The notes beneath the pieces were generated by a model. The model was not told the origin of the DNA. It did no database searches and saw only the letters and a list, made by a program, of their open reading frames with translations. Shown one piece after another: positions 8,488-23,030 of a stretch of 64,000 nt of DNA (positions within the stretch are counted from its first letter, which is position 1; each line of letters opens with the position of its first letter). The position numbers were made by a program, and so were the translations under genes. Source of the stretch: Dehalococcoidia bacterium. Its GTDB lineage: Bacteria; Chloroflexota; Dehalococcoidia; Lucifugimonadales; Australimonadaceae. The stretch covers positions 1,844,363 to 1,908,362 of the forward strand of contig OY764542.1 of the NCBI GenBank assembly GCA_963668465.1, written 5' to 3'.

Positions 8488-10194
8488 ATGCGCGCGACCG
8501 ATTTCCTCTCACGCACCTTAAGACAGGACCCCAGCGAGGCGGAGACGGTGAGCCACCGGCTCATGCTCCGCGCAGGCATGATGCTGCAGGCCGCCGCCGG
8601 CGTGTACTCCTACCTGCCGCTGGCGCTGCGCTCCATCCAGAAGATCGAACGCATCGTCAGGGAGGAGATGAACGCGGCAGGCGGGCAGGAAGTGCTCATG
8701 CCCACGCTGCAGACCCTCGAAACGTGGGAGCAGTCGGGGAGGGCCGCCGCGTTCGGCGGCAACCTCTTCCGCCTCTTCGACCGGCGCGAACGCCCGTTGG
8801 TGCTCGCGCCGACGCACGAGGAGGTCGTGACGGCCATCGCGGGAGCGCACGTCGAGTCTTACAGGGACCTGCCGCTCACCATCTACCAGATACAGACGAA
8901 GTTCCGTGACGAGCCGCGACCCCGCGCGGGGCTGCTCCGCGGGCGTGAGTTCACCATGAAGGACGCCTACTCCTTCGACACCGATCAGGAGGGACTGGAC
9001 GTCACCTACCAGCGGATGCGTGTGGCGTACCGCAACATATTCCGCCGCTGCGGGCTGCCGACGATCGAGGTCGAGGCCGACAGCGGTGCCATCGGCGGCA
9101 AGGACTCCCATGAATTCATCATGCCCGCGCCGAGCGGCGAGGACGTCATCCTCTACTGCGAAGAGTCCGGCTATGCCGCGAACGTCGAGCGCGCAACGTC
9201 GGTCATCGCCCCGGCGCAGGAAGACGAACCGCGTCCGCTGGAACTCGTGGACACGCCCGGCATCACCACCATCGCAGACCTCGCGGTCTATCTCGGCATC
9301 GCGGAGTCGCAGACGCTCAAGGCCGTCTTCTACCAGGCGGACGCGGAGACCGTGCTCGTGACGATTCGGGGCGACATCGAGGTCAACGAGGTGAAGCTGA
9401 AGAACCACCTCCACTGCCTGGACCTGCGCCTCGCCAACGCCGATGAGGTCGCCGCGGCGGGGCTGACGCCGGGCTCGACCTCGCCCATCGGGCTGTCGGG
9501 GATCCGGCGCATCGCGGACAACTCCATCCAGCAGGGAACGAACTTCGCCGCTGGAGCGAACCAGCCGGACAAGCACTACCAGAACGTGAACTATCCCCGC
9601 GACTTCCAGATCGACGAGACCGTGGACATCGCGACCGCCCGAGAGGGCGACGGCAGCCCGGACGGCCAGGGCACGCTCAAGGCCGTGCGCGGCATCGAGG
9701 TGGGGCACGTCTTCAAGCTCGGAACGTTCTTCTCGAACGCGCTCGGTGTCGACTATCTGGACGAGAGCGGCACGCTCAAACCACCGGTGATGGGTTGCTA
9801 CGGTATCGGCGTCACCCGAGTGCTCGCCGCCGCCATCGAGCAGAACCACGACGACAAGGGCATCATCTTTCCCGCGCCCATCGCGCCGTTCCAGGCGCAC
9901 CTCCTCGCCCTCAACGCCTCCGACCCCGACGTGATCGCCGCCGCTGACGCGCTGTACGAGGAGCTCACCTCGGCAGGCTGCGAAGTGCTGTACGACGACC
10001 GCACCGAGTCGGCGGGCGTGAAGTTCAACGACGCCGACCTCCTCGGCCTGCCCGTTCGCATCGTCGTCAGCCCGCGCAACCTCAAGCAGGGCGTCGTCGA
10101 GATCAAGCGCCGCCGGGCGGACGAGGCCTCGCAGGTCCCTGCGGACGGGGTCGTTCCAGCGGTGCGTGAAGTGCTCGCACTGGACGAACTGTAG
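8488..10194 (+). CDS. proS: Prolyl-tRNA synthetase (bacterial type)
   Basis: A 568-aa ORF with class II motifs '[25 protein letters not shown]' and 'GCYGIGVTR', plus an insertion/editing domain. Confidence 0.9.
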   Translation: MRATDFLSRTLRQDPSEAETVSHRLMLRAGMMLQAAAGVYSYLPLALRSIQKIERIVREEMNAAGGQEVLMPTLQTLETWEQSGRAAAFGGNLFRLFDRRERPLVLAPTHEEVVTAIAGAHVESYRDLPLTIYQIQTKFRDEPRPRAGLLRGREFTMKDAYSFDTDQEGLDVTYQRMRVAYRNIFRRCGLPTIEVEADSGAIGGKDSHEFIMPAPSGEDVILYCEESGYAANVERATSVIAPAQEDEPRPLELVDTPGITTIADLAVYLGIAESQTLKAVFYQADAETVLVTIRGDIEVNEVKLKNHLHCLDLRLANADEVAAAGLTPGSTSPIGLSGIRRIADNSIQQGTNFAAGANQPDKHYQNVNYPRDFQIDETVDIATAREGDGSPDGQGTLKAVRGIEVGHVFKLGTFFSNALGVDYLDESGTLKPPVMGCYGIGVTRVLAAAIEQNHDDKGIIFPAPIAPFQAHLLALNASDPDVIAAADALYEELTSAGCEVLYDDRTESAGVKFNDADLLGLPVRIVVSPRNLKQGVVEIKRRRADEASQVPADGVVPAVREVLALDEL

Positions 10195-10226
10195 GCGCTC
10201 CGCTCTCACCTCGTGTTGCTCTCTGA

Positions 10227-10255
10227 TTGAGTGCCTCTCTCGTACGCCGTATACT
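10227..10255 (+). promoter_or_regulatory. Candidate promoter TTGAGT-17-TATACT for pdxST
   Basis: The hexamers are read directly from the sequence, 18 nt upstream of the GGGGAGG RBS/ATG 10274. Confidence 0.4.
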
Positions 10256-10273
10256 GATGCGGGGAGGTACGAC

Positions 10274-11182
10274 ATGAGTACCAACGGAACCGACAACGGC
10301 AAAGAGACCAGCACGTTCTTGGTGAAGGCGGGCCTTGCGCAGATGCTCAAGGGCGGCGTCATCATGGACGTGGTGACCGACGAGCAGGCGAAGATAGCCG
10401 AGGACGCCGGAGCGTGCTCCGTGATGGCGCTGGAGCGCGTCCCCGCGGACATCCGAGCGGACGGTGGTGTCGCCCGCATGTCCGACCCCGCGATGATCGA
10501 GGCGATCATGCGCGCCGTGACCATCCCCGTGATGGCGAAGGTGCGCATCGGCCACTTCATCGAGGCGAAGATACTCGAGGCCATCGGCATCGACTACATC
10601 GACGAGTCCGAGGTGCTGACGCCCGCGGACGAGGAGCACCACGTCTGGAAGCACGACTTCAAGGTGCCGTTCGTCTGCGGCTGCCGCGACCTCGGCGAGG
10701 CGCTGCGCCGCATCGGCGAGGGCGCCGCGATGATCCGCACCAAGGGCGAGGCCGGCACCGGCGACGTCGTCGAGGCCGTCCGTCACATGCGGACGGTGAT
10801 GAAGCAGATCCGCCGCGTGCAACTGATGGGCGACGACGAACTCACCGCATGCGCGAAGGAGATCGGCGCTTCGCTCGACCTGTTGCGCGAGACGAAGCGT
10901 CTCGGCCGGCTGCCGGTGGTGAACTTCGCCGCGGGCGGCGTAGCCACCCCTGCCGACGCCGCGCTGATGATGCACCTAGGCGCGGACGGCGTGTTCGTCG
11001 GCTCGGGCATCTTCAAGTCAGGCGACCCCTCGGAGCGGGGCAAGGCCATCGTCAAGGCCGTCACCCACTACGACGACCCTGAGGCTATCGCAGAGGCGTC
11101 CAAGGGCCTCGGCGAGCCGATGGTCGGCATCAGCGCGCGCTCCCTCGCGCCCGGGCAGGAGCTCGCGACCCGCGGCTGGTAG
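10274..11182 (+). CDS. pdxS: Pyridoxal 5'-phosphate synthase, lyase subunit
   Basis: '[15 protein letters not shown]' and '[14 protein letters not shown]'. RBS GGGGAGG lies upstream. The ORF-track start at 10166 was rejected. Confidence 0.9.
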   Translation: MSTNGTDNGKETSTFLVKAGLAQMLKGGVIMDVVTDEQAKIAEDAGACSVMALERVPADIRADGGVARMSDPAMIEAIMRAVTIPVMAKVRIGHFIEAKILEAIGIDYIDESEVLTPADEEHHVWKHDFKVPFVCGCRDLGEALRRIGEGAAMIRTKGEAGTGDVVEAVRHMRTVMKQIRRVQLMGDDELTACAKEIGASLDLLRETKRLGRLPVVNFAAGGVATPADAALMMHLGADGVFVGSGIFKSGDPSERGKAIVKAVTHYDDPEAIAEASKGLGEPMVGISARSLAPGQELATRGW

Positions 11183-11200
11183 GCCGAACTCCACGACGAG

Positions 11201-11797
11201 GTGACCGCAACGACAACCGTCGGCGTACTTGCGCTCCAAGGCGACTTCCAGGAGCACTGCGTAGCGCTCCGAGGTCTGGGTGCGTCCGCCGTCGAAGTGC
11301 GCAGGGCGGATGAACTCGACGCCGTAGACGCGCTCATCATCCCCGGCGGGGAAAGCACCTCCATGGCGAAGCTCATGGACGCCTACGAGATGCGCGCGCC
11401 GTTGCAGGCGTTCCCTCGCAGTGGGCGTCCTCTCTGGGGCACCTGTGCCGGACTCATCCTCATGGCCTCCCGCCTGGAGGAAGACCGCCCGAAACCCCTG
11501 GGGTTGATGGACGCCACCGTTCGGCGGAACGGGTTCGGCAGGCAGATCGACTCGTTCGAGACGGAACTGGCCATCGCCGGCATCCCTGGCGAACCCGTAC
11601 ACGCTGTGTTCATCCGCGCTCCGGTCATCATCGAAACAGGGCCCGGCGTGGAAACCCTCGCCGCGTTAGAGGACGGCACCCCTGTCGTCGTGCGGCAGGG
11701 GAACCTGCTGGCTTCCGCTTTCCATCCAGAATTGACCCGGGATGCGCGGATGCACCGCTACTTCCTGGACATGCTTCCGGTGGGAGCGCCCCCATGA
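11201..11797 (+). CDS. pdxT: Pyridoxal 5'-phosphate synthase, glutaminase subunit
   Basis: GTG start. 'GVLALQGDF', 'IPGGESTSM', catalytic 'WGTCAG' and 'FHPELT'. Confidence 0.9.
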   Translation: MTATTTVGVLALQGDFQEHCVALRGLGASAVEVRRADELDAVDALIIPGGESTSMAKLMDAYEMRAPLQAFPRSGRPLWGTCAGLILMASRLEEDRPKPLGLMDATVRRNGFGRQIDSFETELAIAGIPGEPVHAVFIRAPVIIETGPGVETLAALEDGTPVVVRQGNLLASAFHPELTRDARMHRYFLDMLPVGAPP

Positions 11798-12705
11798 TCC
11801 GCGGGTTCCGCATGACCGACGCGCCTTGTCTTCTGCTGCAGGGCCGCCTGAACAGCAGAGACCTTGTTTACACGCGGGCGTCGCTCGGACACGGGACCCG
11901 GAAGCTCACGAGAGTAGCGGCGGCCTGCTACAGCATGTCCAACGGCCCTCGCCAGAAGGTATTCGGCTCGTTCGAGAATGGGTGGCTGGAGTCCCTTGTC
12001 GTCGTGCAGACGCGGAAGGCGGCTACCGCCTGGGAGGTCTGCGGATTCTTCACTTCCGCCCGGGGATACTCCCAAGGGGACGAACTACTGCTGGCGGCAG
12101 CATCGGCGTTAGGAGGGTCGGGCGCGGAGCGCGTTTTCCTGCGCTGCGCGGCAAAGGGCCCCGCCTGCGGCCCCGCCCAGAGGGCAGGCTTCCACTACGC
12201 CTTCTCTGAAGAGTTGTTCATCGGCAGGCTGCGGACTGCGCAGGGAACGCCGATGCACTTCCGTCCTGTACGCGACGGTGACATGCATGACATGTTCCGC
12301 CTGCAGATGGCAACTGCACCCGTCGCCGCCAGGCCAGCCATCGGCCTGACTTTCAGAGAATGGGAATCCTCCAGAGAACCCTCGCCGGGGAGGACCAGAG
12401 AGTACGTGTGCGATACTGAGCGCGGGCTCAGCGCGTGGGCGCGCCTGGACACCACAAGCGATTCCATCACCGTGGAGGCCACCCTGCACCCGGACCTGCC
12501 CGGACTTGCACCGATGCTGTTGGAAGGCATCGCACGGATCGTCGGCCGCGACTCTCCGGCGCGCTGGATCGTGCCGGTGTACCAGCCGTACCTCGCAACC
12601 GCGCTTATGGGCCGTGGCTGGCAGTCGGACAGCACCTACGAAGTCTCGATCAAGCCGGTCGCGCGGCAAGTGCACCAGCCGTTCATGACTCCCATACAGG
12701 CATAA
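11794..12705 (+). CDS. Hypothetical protein, possible tandem GNAT-like acetyltransferase
   Basis: ATGA overlap with the pdxT stop. Two halves begin 'IRGFRMTDAP' and 'FRPVRDGDMHDM', with a 'RAGFHY'-type tail. The similarity is weak. Confidence 0.4.
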   Translation: MIRGFRMTDAPCLLLQGRLNSRDLVYTRASLGHGTRKLTRVAAACYSMSNGPRQKVFGSFENGWLESLVVVQTRKAATAWEVCGFFTSARGYSQGDELLLAAASALGGSGAERVFLRCAAKGPACGPAQRAGFHYAFSEELFIGRLRTAQGTPMHFRPVRDGDMHDMFRLQMATAPVAARPAIGLTFREWESSREPSPGRTREYVCDTERGLSAWARLDTTSDSITVEATLHPDLPGLAPMLLEGIARIVGRDSPARWIVPVYQPYLATALMGRGWQSDSTYEVSIKPVARQVHQPFMTPIQA

Positions 12706-12714
12706 TCAGCTCAT

Positions 12715-14343
12715 ATGACGACATCTCCACACACAACGGCCGAAGCCACCGACAGGGAACGGCGGGACCTCTTCGACGTGCTGCCGCCATCGATCCGCAA
12801 AGCGATCGAGAGCCAGCCTGATCCTGAGGACCTGCTCGAAGTGGTGCTCGACCTTGGCAGGCCGCCGCAGGCCCGGTTCGCCGGCAGGGACGTCAACCTG
12901 GGCTGCGCCGACATCTCCCGCGAGGACCTGGACCACGTCACTGCACGCCTCGGCGATTTCGGCGACGACAATCGAGCAGGCATCGAACGAACATTGCACC
13001 GGATATCCGCCATCCGGAATCGCCGCGGCGAGGTGATCGGCCTGACGTGCCGGGTGGGGCGTGCGGTGCACGGAAGCGCCCGCGTCATCGAGGACCTCGC
13101 GCTCTCCGGCAAGAGCATCCTCCTCGTCGGGAGGCCGGGTGTCGGAAAGACCACCATCCTGCGGGAACTCGCCCGGGTCCTCGCAGACGCAAGCAAGCGC
13201 GTCATCATCGTGGACACGTCCAACGAGATCGCGGGCGACGGCGACATCCCCCATCCCGCCATCGGCAGGGCACGCCGGATGCAGGTCGCCACGCCGTCGC
13301 GTCAGCACGCCGTGATGATCGAGGCCGTGGAGAACCACATGCCGCAGGTCATCATCGTTGACGAGATGGGCACCGAACTGGAGGCCATCGCCGCACGGAC
13401 CATCGCCGAGCGGGGAGTGCAACTTGTCGCGACGGCCCACGGCAACACGCTGGAGAACCTGCTCGTCAACCCGACGCTCTCCGACCTCGTCGGAGGCGTG
13501 CAGACGGTTACGCTGGGGGACGAGGAGGCACGACGACGACGCACCCAGAAGACCATCCTCGAGCGGAAGGCCCCGCCCACCTTCGACGTGCTGGTCGAGA
13601 TCCAGAGCTGGAACAGTGTGGCCGTCCACGCTGACGTCGCGAGGACCGTGGATGCAGTGCTGCGCGGCAGAAGCGTCACGCCTGAGACGCGGGAACTGGA
13701 CGAGTCCGGCACGGTGCGCAAGAGTTTCCAGCGGGCGGCGGCTCCCCCGGAGTTCGAGGTTGCCCCGTTCATCTATGGCCAGGAACGAGAGCACCGCTAT
13801 GGACAGGAGCGGGAACATCGCCCCCGAAGGTACGAACACATCTCGTACGAACAGGAGTTCACGCCCCCTCCTCCCGCGAAACCGGCGGTGCGCATCCATC
13901 CCTTCGGCGTCAGCCGTGAGCGGCTCCAGCAGTCGGCGGGAGGCGCCGGGCTCGCGGTGAAGGTGGCAGACAGCCTCAGCGACGCGGATGTGGTGCTGAC
14001 GACCAAGGCACATTACCGACGCCGCGCCAGCGTGCTCGTAGCCGCTGAAGAGCAGGGCGTGCCCGTGTACGTGTTGCGGCGCAACACACCCGGACAGATA
14101 GTTGGGTTCATCGAGCAACTCGCAGAGCCGGAAGACGACGGGAGCACGCGTCAGAACGGAGCGGCAGAGGCGGAGGAGGGCGTGCAGCGCATCCTCGCAG
14201 GCGAGGCCAGCACTATCGAGTTGCGCCCGCAGTCGTCGTTCGTCCGGCGCATCCAGCACCGCATCGCGGAGCAGGCCCAGCTTCGCTCCCACAGCGTGGG
14301 ACGGGAGCCCCGGCGGCGCGTCACCATCCGCCGCACTCAGTAG
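12715..14343 (+). CDS. AAA ATPase with C-terminal R3H domain (Ycf45/SpoIIIAA-like)
   Basis: P-loop 'GRPGVGKTT', Walker B 'IIVDEMG', 'ATAHG', and a C-terminal 'HSVGREPRRRVTI' R3H-like motif. Confidence 0.75.
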   Translation: MTTSPHTTAEATDRERRDLFDVLPPSIRKAIESQPDPEDLLEVVLDLGRPPQARFAGRDVNLGCADISREDLDHVTARLGDFGDDNRAGIERTLHRISAIRNRRGEVIGLTCRVGRAVHGSARVIEDLALSGKSILLVGRPGVGKTTILRELARVLADASKRVIIVDTSNEIAGDGDIPHPAIGRARRMQVATPSRQHAVMIEAVENHMPQVIIVDEMGTELEAIAARTIAERGVQLVATAHGNTLENLLVNPTLSDLVGGVQTVTLGDEEARRRRTQKTILERKAPPTFDVLVEIQSWNSVAVHADVARTVDAVLRGRSVTPETRELDESGTVRKSFQRAAAPPEFEVAPFIYGQEREHRYGQEREHRPRRYEHISYEQEFTPPPPAKPAVRIHPFGVSRERLQQSAGGAGLAVKVADSLSDADVVLTTKAHYRRRASVLVAAEEQGVPVYVLRRNTPGQIVGFIEQLAEPEDDGSTRQNGAAEAEEGVQRILAGEASTIELRPQSSFVRRIQHRIAEQAQLRSHSVGREPRRRVTIRRTQ

Positions 14344-14385
14344 CAGGGGCCGCGTGCTATCATCCGCGTTCCGCAGGAGACTCGC

Positions 14386-15060
14386 GTGAGTGGTTTGTTC
14401 ATATCGTTCGAGGGTGGCGAAGGCTCCGGCAAGACCACCCAGTCCGACATGCTTGTGGCGCGCCTCGAAGCCGAGTGCAGCCGTCGCGTCGTGCGCTTGC
14501 ACGAACCAGGCGGCACACCCCTGGGCGAACACATCCGCGGTTGGGTGAAAGACCAGAACGCCCCTCTGATGCTGCAGGCCGAACTGCTACTGTTCGCAGC
14601 CTCGCGCGCGGAACTCGTACAGCGCGTCATCCGCCCCGAACTGAACCAGGATGCGATCGTGATTGTCGACCGTTACGCGGACTCGACGACCGTGTACCAG
14701 GGCAATGCTCGCGGGCTCCCGCTCGATGAGGTGAAAGCTGCAAACGCCATCGCGACCGGCGGCGTGTGGCCGGACCTCACGTTCCTGCTCGATATCCCGC
14801 CGGACGCCAGCCTGCGCCGCGTCGGAGTCCAGACGTCGTTCGACATGGAGGGCCGCGTGGTGCCCATAGCGCGCGCGGAGGACTCCAGTTTCCGGCGCTT
14901 CGAGGAGCTCAGCACACCGTTCCACCGGAAGGTGCGCGACGGCTACCTGCAGCTGGCGAAGGCCGAGCCCGGGCGATGGGTCGTGCTCGACGCGGGCCAG
15001 CCGGTGGAAACCGTCCACGCGCAGGTGTGGGAGCGGGTGCAGGGACTGCTGGCGACGTGA
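14386..15060 (+). CDS. tmk: Thymidylate kinase
   Basis: GTG start, P-loop 'FEGGEGSGKTTQ' and 'VDRYADST'. Confidence 0.9.
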   Translation: MSGLFISFEGGEGSGKTTQSDMLVARLEAECSRRVVRLHEPGGTPLGEHIRGWVKDQNAPLMLQAELLLFAASRAELVQRVIRPELNQDAIVIVDRYADSTTVYQGNARGLPLDEVKAANAIATGGVWPDLTFLLDIPPDASLRRVGVQTSFDMEGRVVPIARAEDSSFRRFEELSTPFHRKVRDGYLQLAKAEPGRWVVLDAGQPVETVHAQVWERVQGLLAT

Positions 15061-15070
15061 GCGATCCTGC

Positions 15071-15100
15071 TTGACAGGAGAAGGGGACGTCGTCTAGTCT
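15071..15100 (+). promoter_or_regulatory. Candidate rRNA promoter (TTGACA at 15071, TAGTCT-like -10)
   Basis: A perfect -35 hexamer lies about 155 nt upstream of the 16S gene. The -10 element is weak. Confidence 0.4.
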
Positions 15101-15228
15101 AGTCAGGTTCCCCCTCGTGGGGAGCGTGCGGCACCTTAACAAGTGAATAGTGGAAGGAAAGCGCCGCGTGCCCCTTTGGGGGTACGCACCCTGTCAAGGA
15201 AAAAACGAGTCTCATCAGAGACTCGAAA

Positions 15229-16733
<1,505 letters not shown>

Positions 16734-16975
16734 GGGAGTCCCCTTTATTGGGAACCCCAGGTCGGTCCGCCGGAGAGACCGGCCCGCGCTGGACGATCGG
16801 TAGAGCTTCTGCTCCCTCGTCCCGGCAACGGCGGCCTCGCTCCCCTCCTCGCGAGGGTCCGGCGGCAACCAAAGTCTTTCCTTCCACTATTCACGGGTTA
16901 AGGCACCTAAGAGTAGAGAGACCAGCCCCGTGGCTGGTCTCTCTCATTCTCGGGCGATATACTCGCTCAGCGCGT

Positions 16976-17052
16976 GGGCCACTAGCTCAGTCGGTTAGAG
17001 CGCAGTCCTGATAAGACTGAGGTCCCTGGTTCGATTCCAGGGTGGCCCACCA
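16976..17052 (+). tRNA. tRNA-Ile (anticodon GAU), encoded CCA
   Basis: The cloverleaf was folded by hand. Acceptor gggccac/gtggccc, anticodon loop ctGATaa, T-loop ttcgatt, discriminator A. Confidence 0.9.
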
Positions 17053-17071
17053 ATCCTTCGAACCTCAAAGC

Positions 17072-17101
17072 AAGAGGGGAGGCCGTACGGCCTCCCCTCT
17101 T
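17072..17101. terminator. Bidirectional hairpin terminator between tRNA-Ile and katG
   Basis: A 13-bp perfect stem aagaggggaggcc/ggcctcccctctt with loop gtac. Confidence 0.7.
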
Positions 17102-17127
17102 CATGTCTAACGCGTTTCGGGCTGCGA

Positions 17128-19425
<2,298 letters not shown>

Positions 19426-19458
19426 TCACAGGCAGTACTACCTCTTGCCAGGAGCGGC

Positions 19459-20724
19459 ATGCAGGCCACCATCAAGTCCGTTGTCGAACGTTACAGCGTA
19501 GCGCTGCAATACCGGGACTTCCGCTGGATCTGGCTTGGCAGCGTGGGCGGACAGTCGGCCTACTGGGCCCTCATCGTCGCGCGCGGCATCTTTGTTCTCC
19601 AAGAGACCGGCTCCTCGACGCAGGTGGGAATCACGACGTTCGTAGCGATGGCGCCCCGCTTCATCCTGCCGCCGCTGACGGGCTATCTTGCCGACCGTTT
19701 CGACCGCCGTACCGTGCTTGCCACGGCTTACGCCTTCCAGCTCTCGCACGCCGTCGTGCTGGCCGCGCTCGCCCTGACGGGCATGCTGGAGGTATGGCAC
19801 GTCATCGTGCTCGCGTTGCTCAACGGCAGCTTCCGGACGTTCCAGATGACGGCGACGCAGACGCTCATCCCGAACGTGGTGCCGCGGGAACACTGGCTGA
19901 ACGCCATGGCGATGAACCAGGTGTCGCAGCAGGGTTCGCGGCTGTTCGGGCCGGGGCTCATCGCTCCCGCGCTGCTGCTGTTCGACGTGAGCATCGCGTT
20001 CCTCGTGAGCACGTCCTTCTACCTCATCGGTATCGCAGCCATCCTCTCGATACGCACCCGCTCGACCGGCGAACTGACCCGCGGTTCGCGGATAGGAGAG
20101 AGCCTCTGGGTTGCGATGCGCTATGCGTGGACTGACCCGCAGCTCCGGGCGCTCTTCATCCTGCTGGCGCTGCACTGCTCGATGACGATGTCGTTCGAGT
20201 CCATGCTGCCCGTACTGGCGCGGGACGTGCTGGGCGAAGCCAACGTCAGCGTCAGCTACCTGATGATGGGCGTCGGAGCGGGAGCACTGGTCGGGGTGAT
20301 CGGCATCGCAGGTCTGCGGAGCGCGTCGGGCCGGGGGATGTTGCTGTTGATAACGGGCGCCGTGAGCGGGGCCTCCATGCTGCTGCTGGCGGTATCAGGC
20401 AACACAACGCTGGCTTTGCTTGGCACTGCGGCGATGGGCGGCTCCCAGGCGGCATTCATGGCGATAGGCGGCGCGATGGTCCAGTCCCTGGCGCCGGACG
20501 GCATGCGAGGCAGGATCTCAGGGTTGAACCAGATCAACATCGGGGGAACGATGGCGGTGATGAACCTGGTCAACGGCTTCGCGGCAGACAGGTTCGGCGC
20601 CCCGAACGTGCTCCTGGTTATGGGGCTGGGGTTCAGCGTCGTAGTGGCTGTCAGCCTTGCCCAGGGAACGCTGCGGGGCATCTACCGGGGCTCAATCGCT
20701 GTCCCTGCCAGAGCGGCGGCGTAG
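19459..20724 (+). CDS. MFS transporter
   Basis: A 421-aa ORF, hydrophobic throughout, with about 12 helices and a 'GYLADRFDRR' motif between TM2 and TM3. Confidence 0.8.
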   Translation: MQATIKSVVERYSVALQYRDFRWIWLGSVGGQSAYWALIVARGIFVLQETGSSTQVGITTFVAMAPRFILPPLTGYLADRFDRRTVLATAYAFQLSHAVVLAALALTGMLEVWHVIVLALLNGSFRTFQMTATQTLIPNVVPREHWLNAMAMNQVSQQGSRLFGPGLIAPALLLFDVSIAFLVSTSFYLIGIAAILSIRTRSTGELTRGSRIGESLWVAMRYAWTDPQLRALFILLALHCSMTMSFESMLPVLARDVLGEANVSVSYLMMGVGAGALVGVIGIAGLRSASGRGMLLLITGAVSGASMLLLAVSGNTTLALLGTAAMGGSQAAFMAIGGAMVQSLAPDGMRGRISGLNQINIGGTMAVMNLVNGFAADRFGAPNVLLVMGLGFSVVVAVSLAQGTLRGIYRGSIAVPARAAA

Positions 20725-20769
20725 GACAAGTCCTGCGCTACCCTATGCAGCACACCGTCCCGCGGCCGG

Positions 20770-22938
20770 TTACTCGATTGGGCCGAGCGTTATCCCTGCC
20801 ACGTCCGGCTGACCGAGCGCGTTCATCCTGAAACCCTCCACGCGCGGCCGTATGAGCACGTAATCCTTGACATGGAAGAGCGGGAAGATGCCCGCTTCAT
20901 CTATGAGCAACTGCTCCGCCTCGCCGTACATGCGCAGCCGTGTCTCGCGGTCCCGCTCGGTGCGTGCCGCCTCTATCAGGCTGTCGAACCGCTCGTTCAC
21001 GTACTTGCCTTCGAGGACGTGAGATCTCAACAACAGGTCGAGGAAGTTCTCCGGGTCCGGATAGTCCGCAACCCAGCCACTGTGCCAAAGGTTCCCCACG
21101 ACGTTCTCAAGCGAGTAGTAGTAGACGTCCGTTTCGAACAGCTCCACTTCCACTTCGATACCCAACACCTCTTCCCATGCCGCAATGATGAACTGGACCT
21201 GCTCCGTCGGCTCTCCGTCCCTGTCGACGGCGCTGAACACGACCTGCGGGAAATCGTCGGCGTACTTCGAACCGGCGAGCAACTGCCGGGCTGCTTCCGG
21301 GTCGTACGGGATGCCCCGCAGTGATTCCGAGTAGCCGGGCAGACCCGGCGGCAAGAGGCCCTCGGCAAGTTCCACGTTCCCGTCGTAGATGACCTCGATG
21401 AGCCGCTGGCGATCGAGCGCCATAACGAACGCGAGGCGCACGTTGGGGTCATCGAACGGCGGCTGCGCTCCGTCGACCCCCACGTAATACGTGGTGAGCT
21501 GGGGGAATTCGAGGAGTTGGCCGCTCAATGTTTCGCTCTCTTCTATGGAATCCAGCGCGCCGGTGCCGACCTGTATGCCGTCCCAGGCATCAGTGAGGTA
21601 CATAGCAAGTCCGCTGACGCCGGGCAGGGCTGCCTGGGGCGAGATCACGTACTCCAGCGATGCCGGCCTGTGATAGTCATCGAACCGTTGAAGGATGACC
21701 ACCTCGTCCTCTTCCCACCGGGCCAGCTGGTAGGGGCCAGAACCGTTGATGTCGTCGCTCATCCACCAATCGAACCCGAGGGGCTCGACGGTGCGCCGGT
21801 CGATGATTGCGCCTGAGGGGTACGTCAGTTTCGCCAGGAAGTACTCCTTCGGCTCGTCTATCGTGATACGTATGGTGCGCTCGTCCAGCACCTCAATGCC
21901 GGACACCTCCTCCGCCTCACCGTCCAGTTTCTCTGTGATCCCCACTATGTCGCCGAGGTACAGAGGTGCCGTCTCGCTGTGGAGAGCGGCATCCGCGGCG
22001 CGCTCTATCGAGTATTTGAAGTCTTCCGCGGTGATGGGAGTCCCGTCATGGAAAGTGATGCCATCACGCAGCGTGAACGTGTAAACCACGCCCGCAGCAT
22101 CTATCGTCCAACTCTCGGCGAGGTCGGGCTCGATCTCGAAATCGCTCGTTATGCGAACGAGCCCGCTGAACAGGCTCGTCACGAAGAAGTGCGAGGTCGT
22201 CTCCCTGGCGATGGCAGGATCGAGCGTGGTGGGCTCTCCGAGAGGCATGGTGAAGGCGCTATCGCGCGGGATGCCGTAGGGCGCAGGAGCAAATGTCCTG
22301 AAACTCGACATCAGGGTTTCCAAAGTCTCCTGCTGCCGCTCGACCTCAGTCTCGGGTGCTATGAGCACCAGCAGGTACAGGAGCTCACTGCGCTGCGATA
22401 CCTGCACGCGCCGCACGTCGACGCCGCCCTCCACGTCGTAGAGGATGTCCGCGCGCTCAGCCTGCGTGCCGTCGTCCAGCGTCACGGGGCCGCTGCGCTC
22501 TACTCGCGGGTTCCCTTCCTCTGGTGTCAGGAGCGGAATGACGGCTTCCATCTGTTCGCTCAGGGATCCGTCGGCTGCCTGCTCCGCGAACAGCAGCACC
22601 CGCGAGATGCCCTCGCTGTCCTGCAACACCAACCAAGCGCCCTCACCTCCGGTCGGCGTTATCGACCACTGCGCCGGGTAGTGGAGCGATACTCCCAACT
22701 CCTGGCTCACGAAGGGAACGAAACCCTCGGGTACGGGGTCGGGCGCAGGCGTTGGTGTGGCCGTCGGCTCCGGAGTCGGAGTCGGTGTGGCCGTTGGCGC
22801 CGGGGTCGAGGTCGGCGTGGGCGTCAGGGTCGCGGTCGGCTCAGGTTCTCCCGAGCATGCAGCCGCTATCGCGACCAGCAGCAGAAGAACAGGCGCAAGG
22901 ACACGTTTCAACACGAGGGCCATCTCCAGGGGAATCAA
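20770..22938 (-). CDS. Lipoprotein: ABC transporter substrate-binding protein (family 5, peptide/nickel type) with extra N-terminal domain
   Basis: Lipobox 'IAAAC', a PT-rich linker, an unassigned domain of about 200 aa, then an SBP_bac_5-like region. No permease genes are adjacent. Confidence 0.7.
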   Translation of the reverse strand: MIPLEMALVLKRVLAPVLLLLVAIAAACSGEPEPTATLTPTPTSTPAPTATPTPTPEPTATPTPAPDPVPEGFVPFVSQELGVSLHYPAQWSITPTGGEGAWLVLQDSEGISRVLLFAEQAADGSLSEQMEAVIPLLTPEEGNPRVERSGPVTLDDGTQAERADILYDVEGGVDVRRVQVSQRSELLYLLVLIAPETEVERQQETLETLMSSFRTFAPAPYGIPRDSAFTMPLGEPTTLDPAIARETTSHFFVTSLFSGLVRITSDFEIEPDLAESWTIDAAGVVYTFTLRDGITFHDGTPITAEDFKYSIERAADAALHSETAPLYLGDIVGITEKLDGEAEEVSGIEVLDERTIRITIDEPKEYFLAKLTYPSGAIIDRRTVEPLGFDWWMSDDINGSGPYQLARWEEDEVVILQRFDDYHRPASLEYVISPQAALPGVSGLAMYLTDAWDGIQVGTGALDSIEESETLSGQLLEFPQLTTYYVGVDGAQPPFDDPNVRLAFVMALDRQRLIEVIYDGNVELAEGLLPPGLPGYSESLRGIPYDPEAARQLLAGSKYADDFPQVVFSAVDRDGEPTEQVQFIIAAWEEVLGIEVEVELFETDVYYYSLENVVGNLWHSGWVADYPDPENFLDLLLRSHVLEGKYVNERFDSLIEAARTERDRETRLRMYGEAEQLLIDEAGIFPLFHVKDYVLIRPRVEGFRMNALGQPDVAGITLGPIE

Positions 22939-23030
22939 CGTCGAGCAGTACTCCTCCCTACGAAGAGCACCTATCGAATTCTAACCCTGTAATGGCGATA
23001 TCCGCCACCCATGGGAATGGGTTGGCGACC

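Noticed and set aside
8518-10590. 690-aa ORF on the minus strand
   Set aside because: It is antisense to proS and pdxS, which have unmistakable motifs. It is Arg/Ala/Gly/Asp/Val-rich, typical of a high-GC shadow ORF.
13770-13815. Short tandem duplication 'YGQEREHR YGQEREHR' in the R3H ATPase
   Set aside because: It is a real 24-nt duplication, but it lies in a low-complexity linker. It is trivial and has no evident functional implication.
12706-14532. 608-aa ORF on the minus strand
   Set aside because: It is antisense to the R3H AAA ATPase and the tmk start. It has shadow-ORF composition and no motifs.
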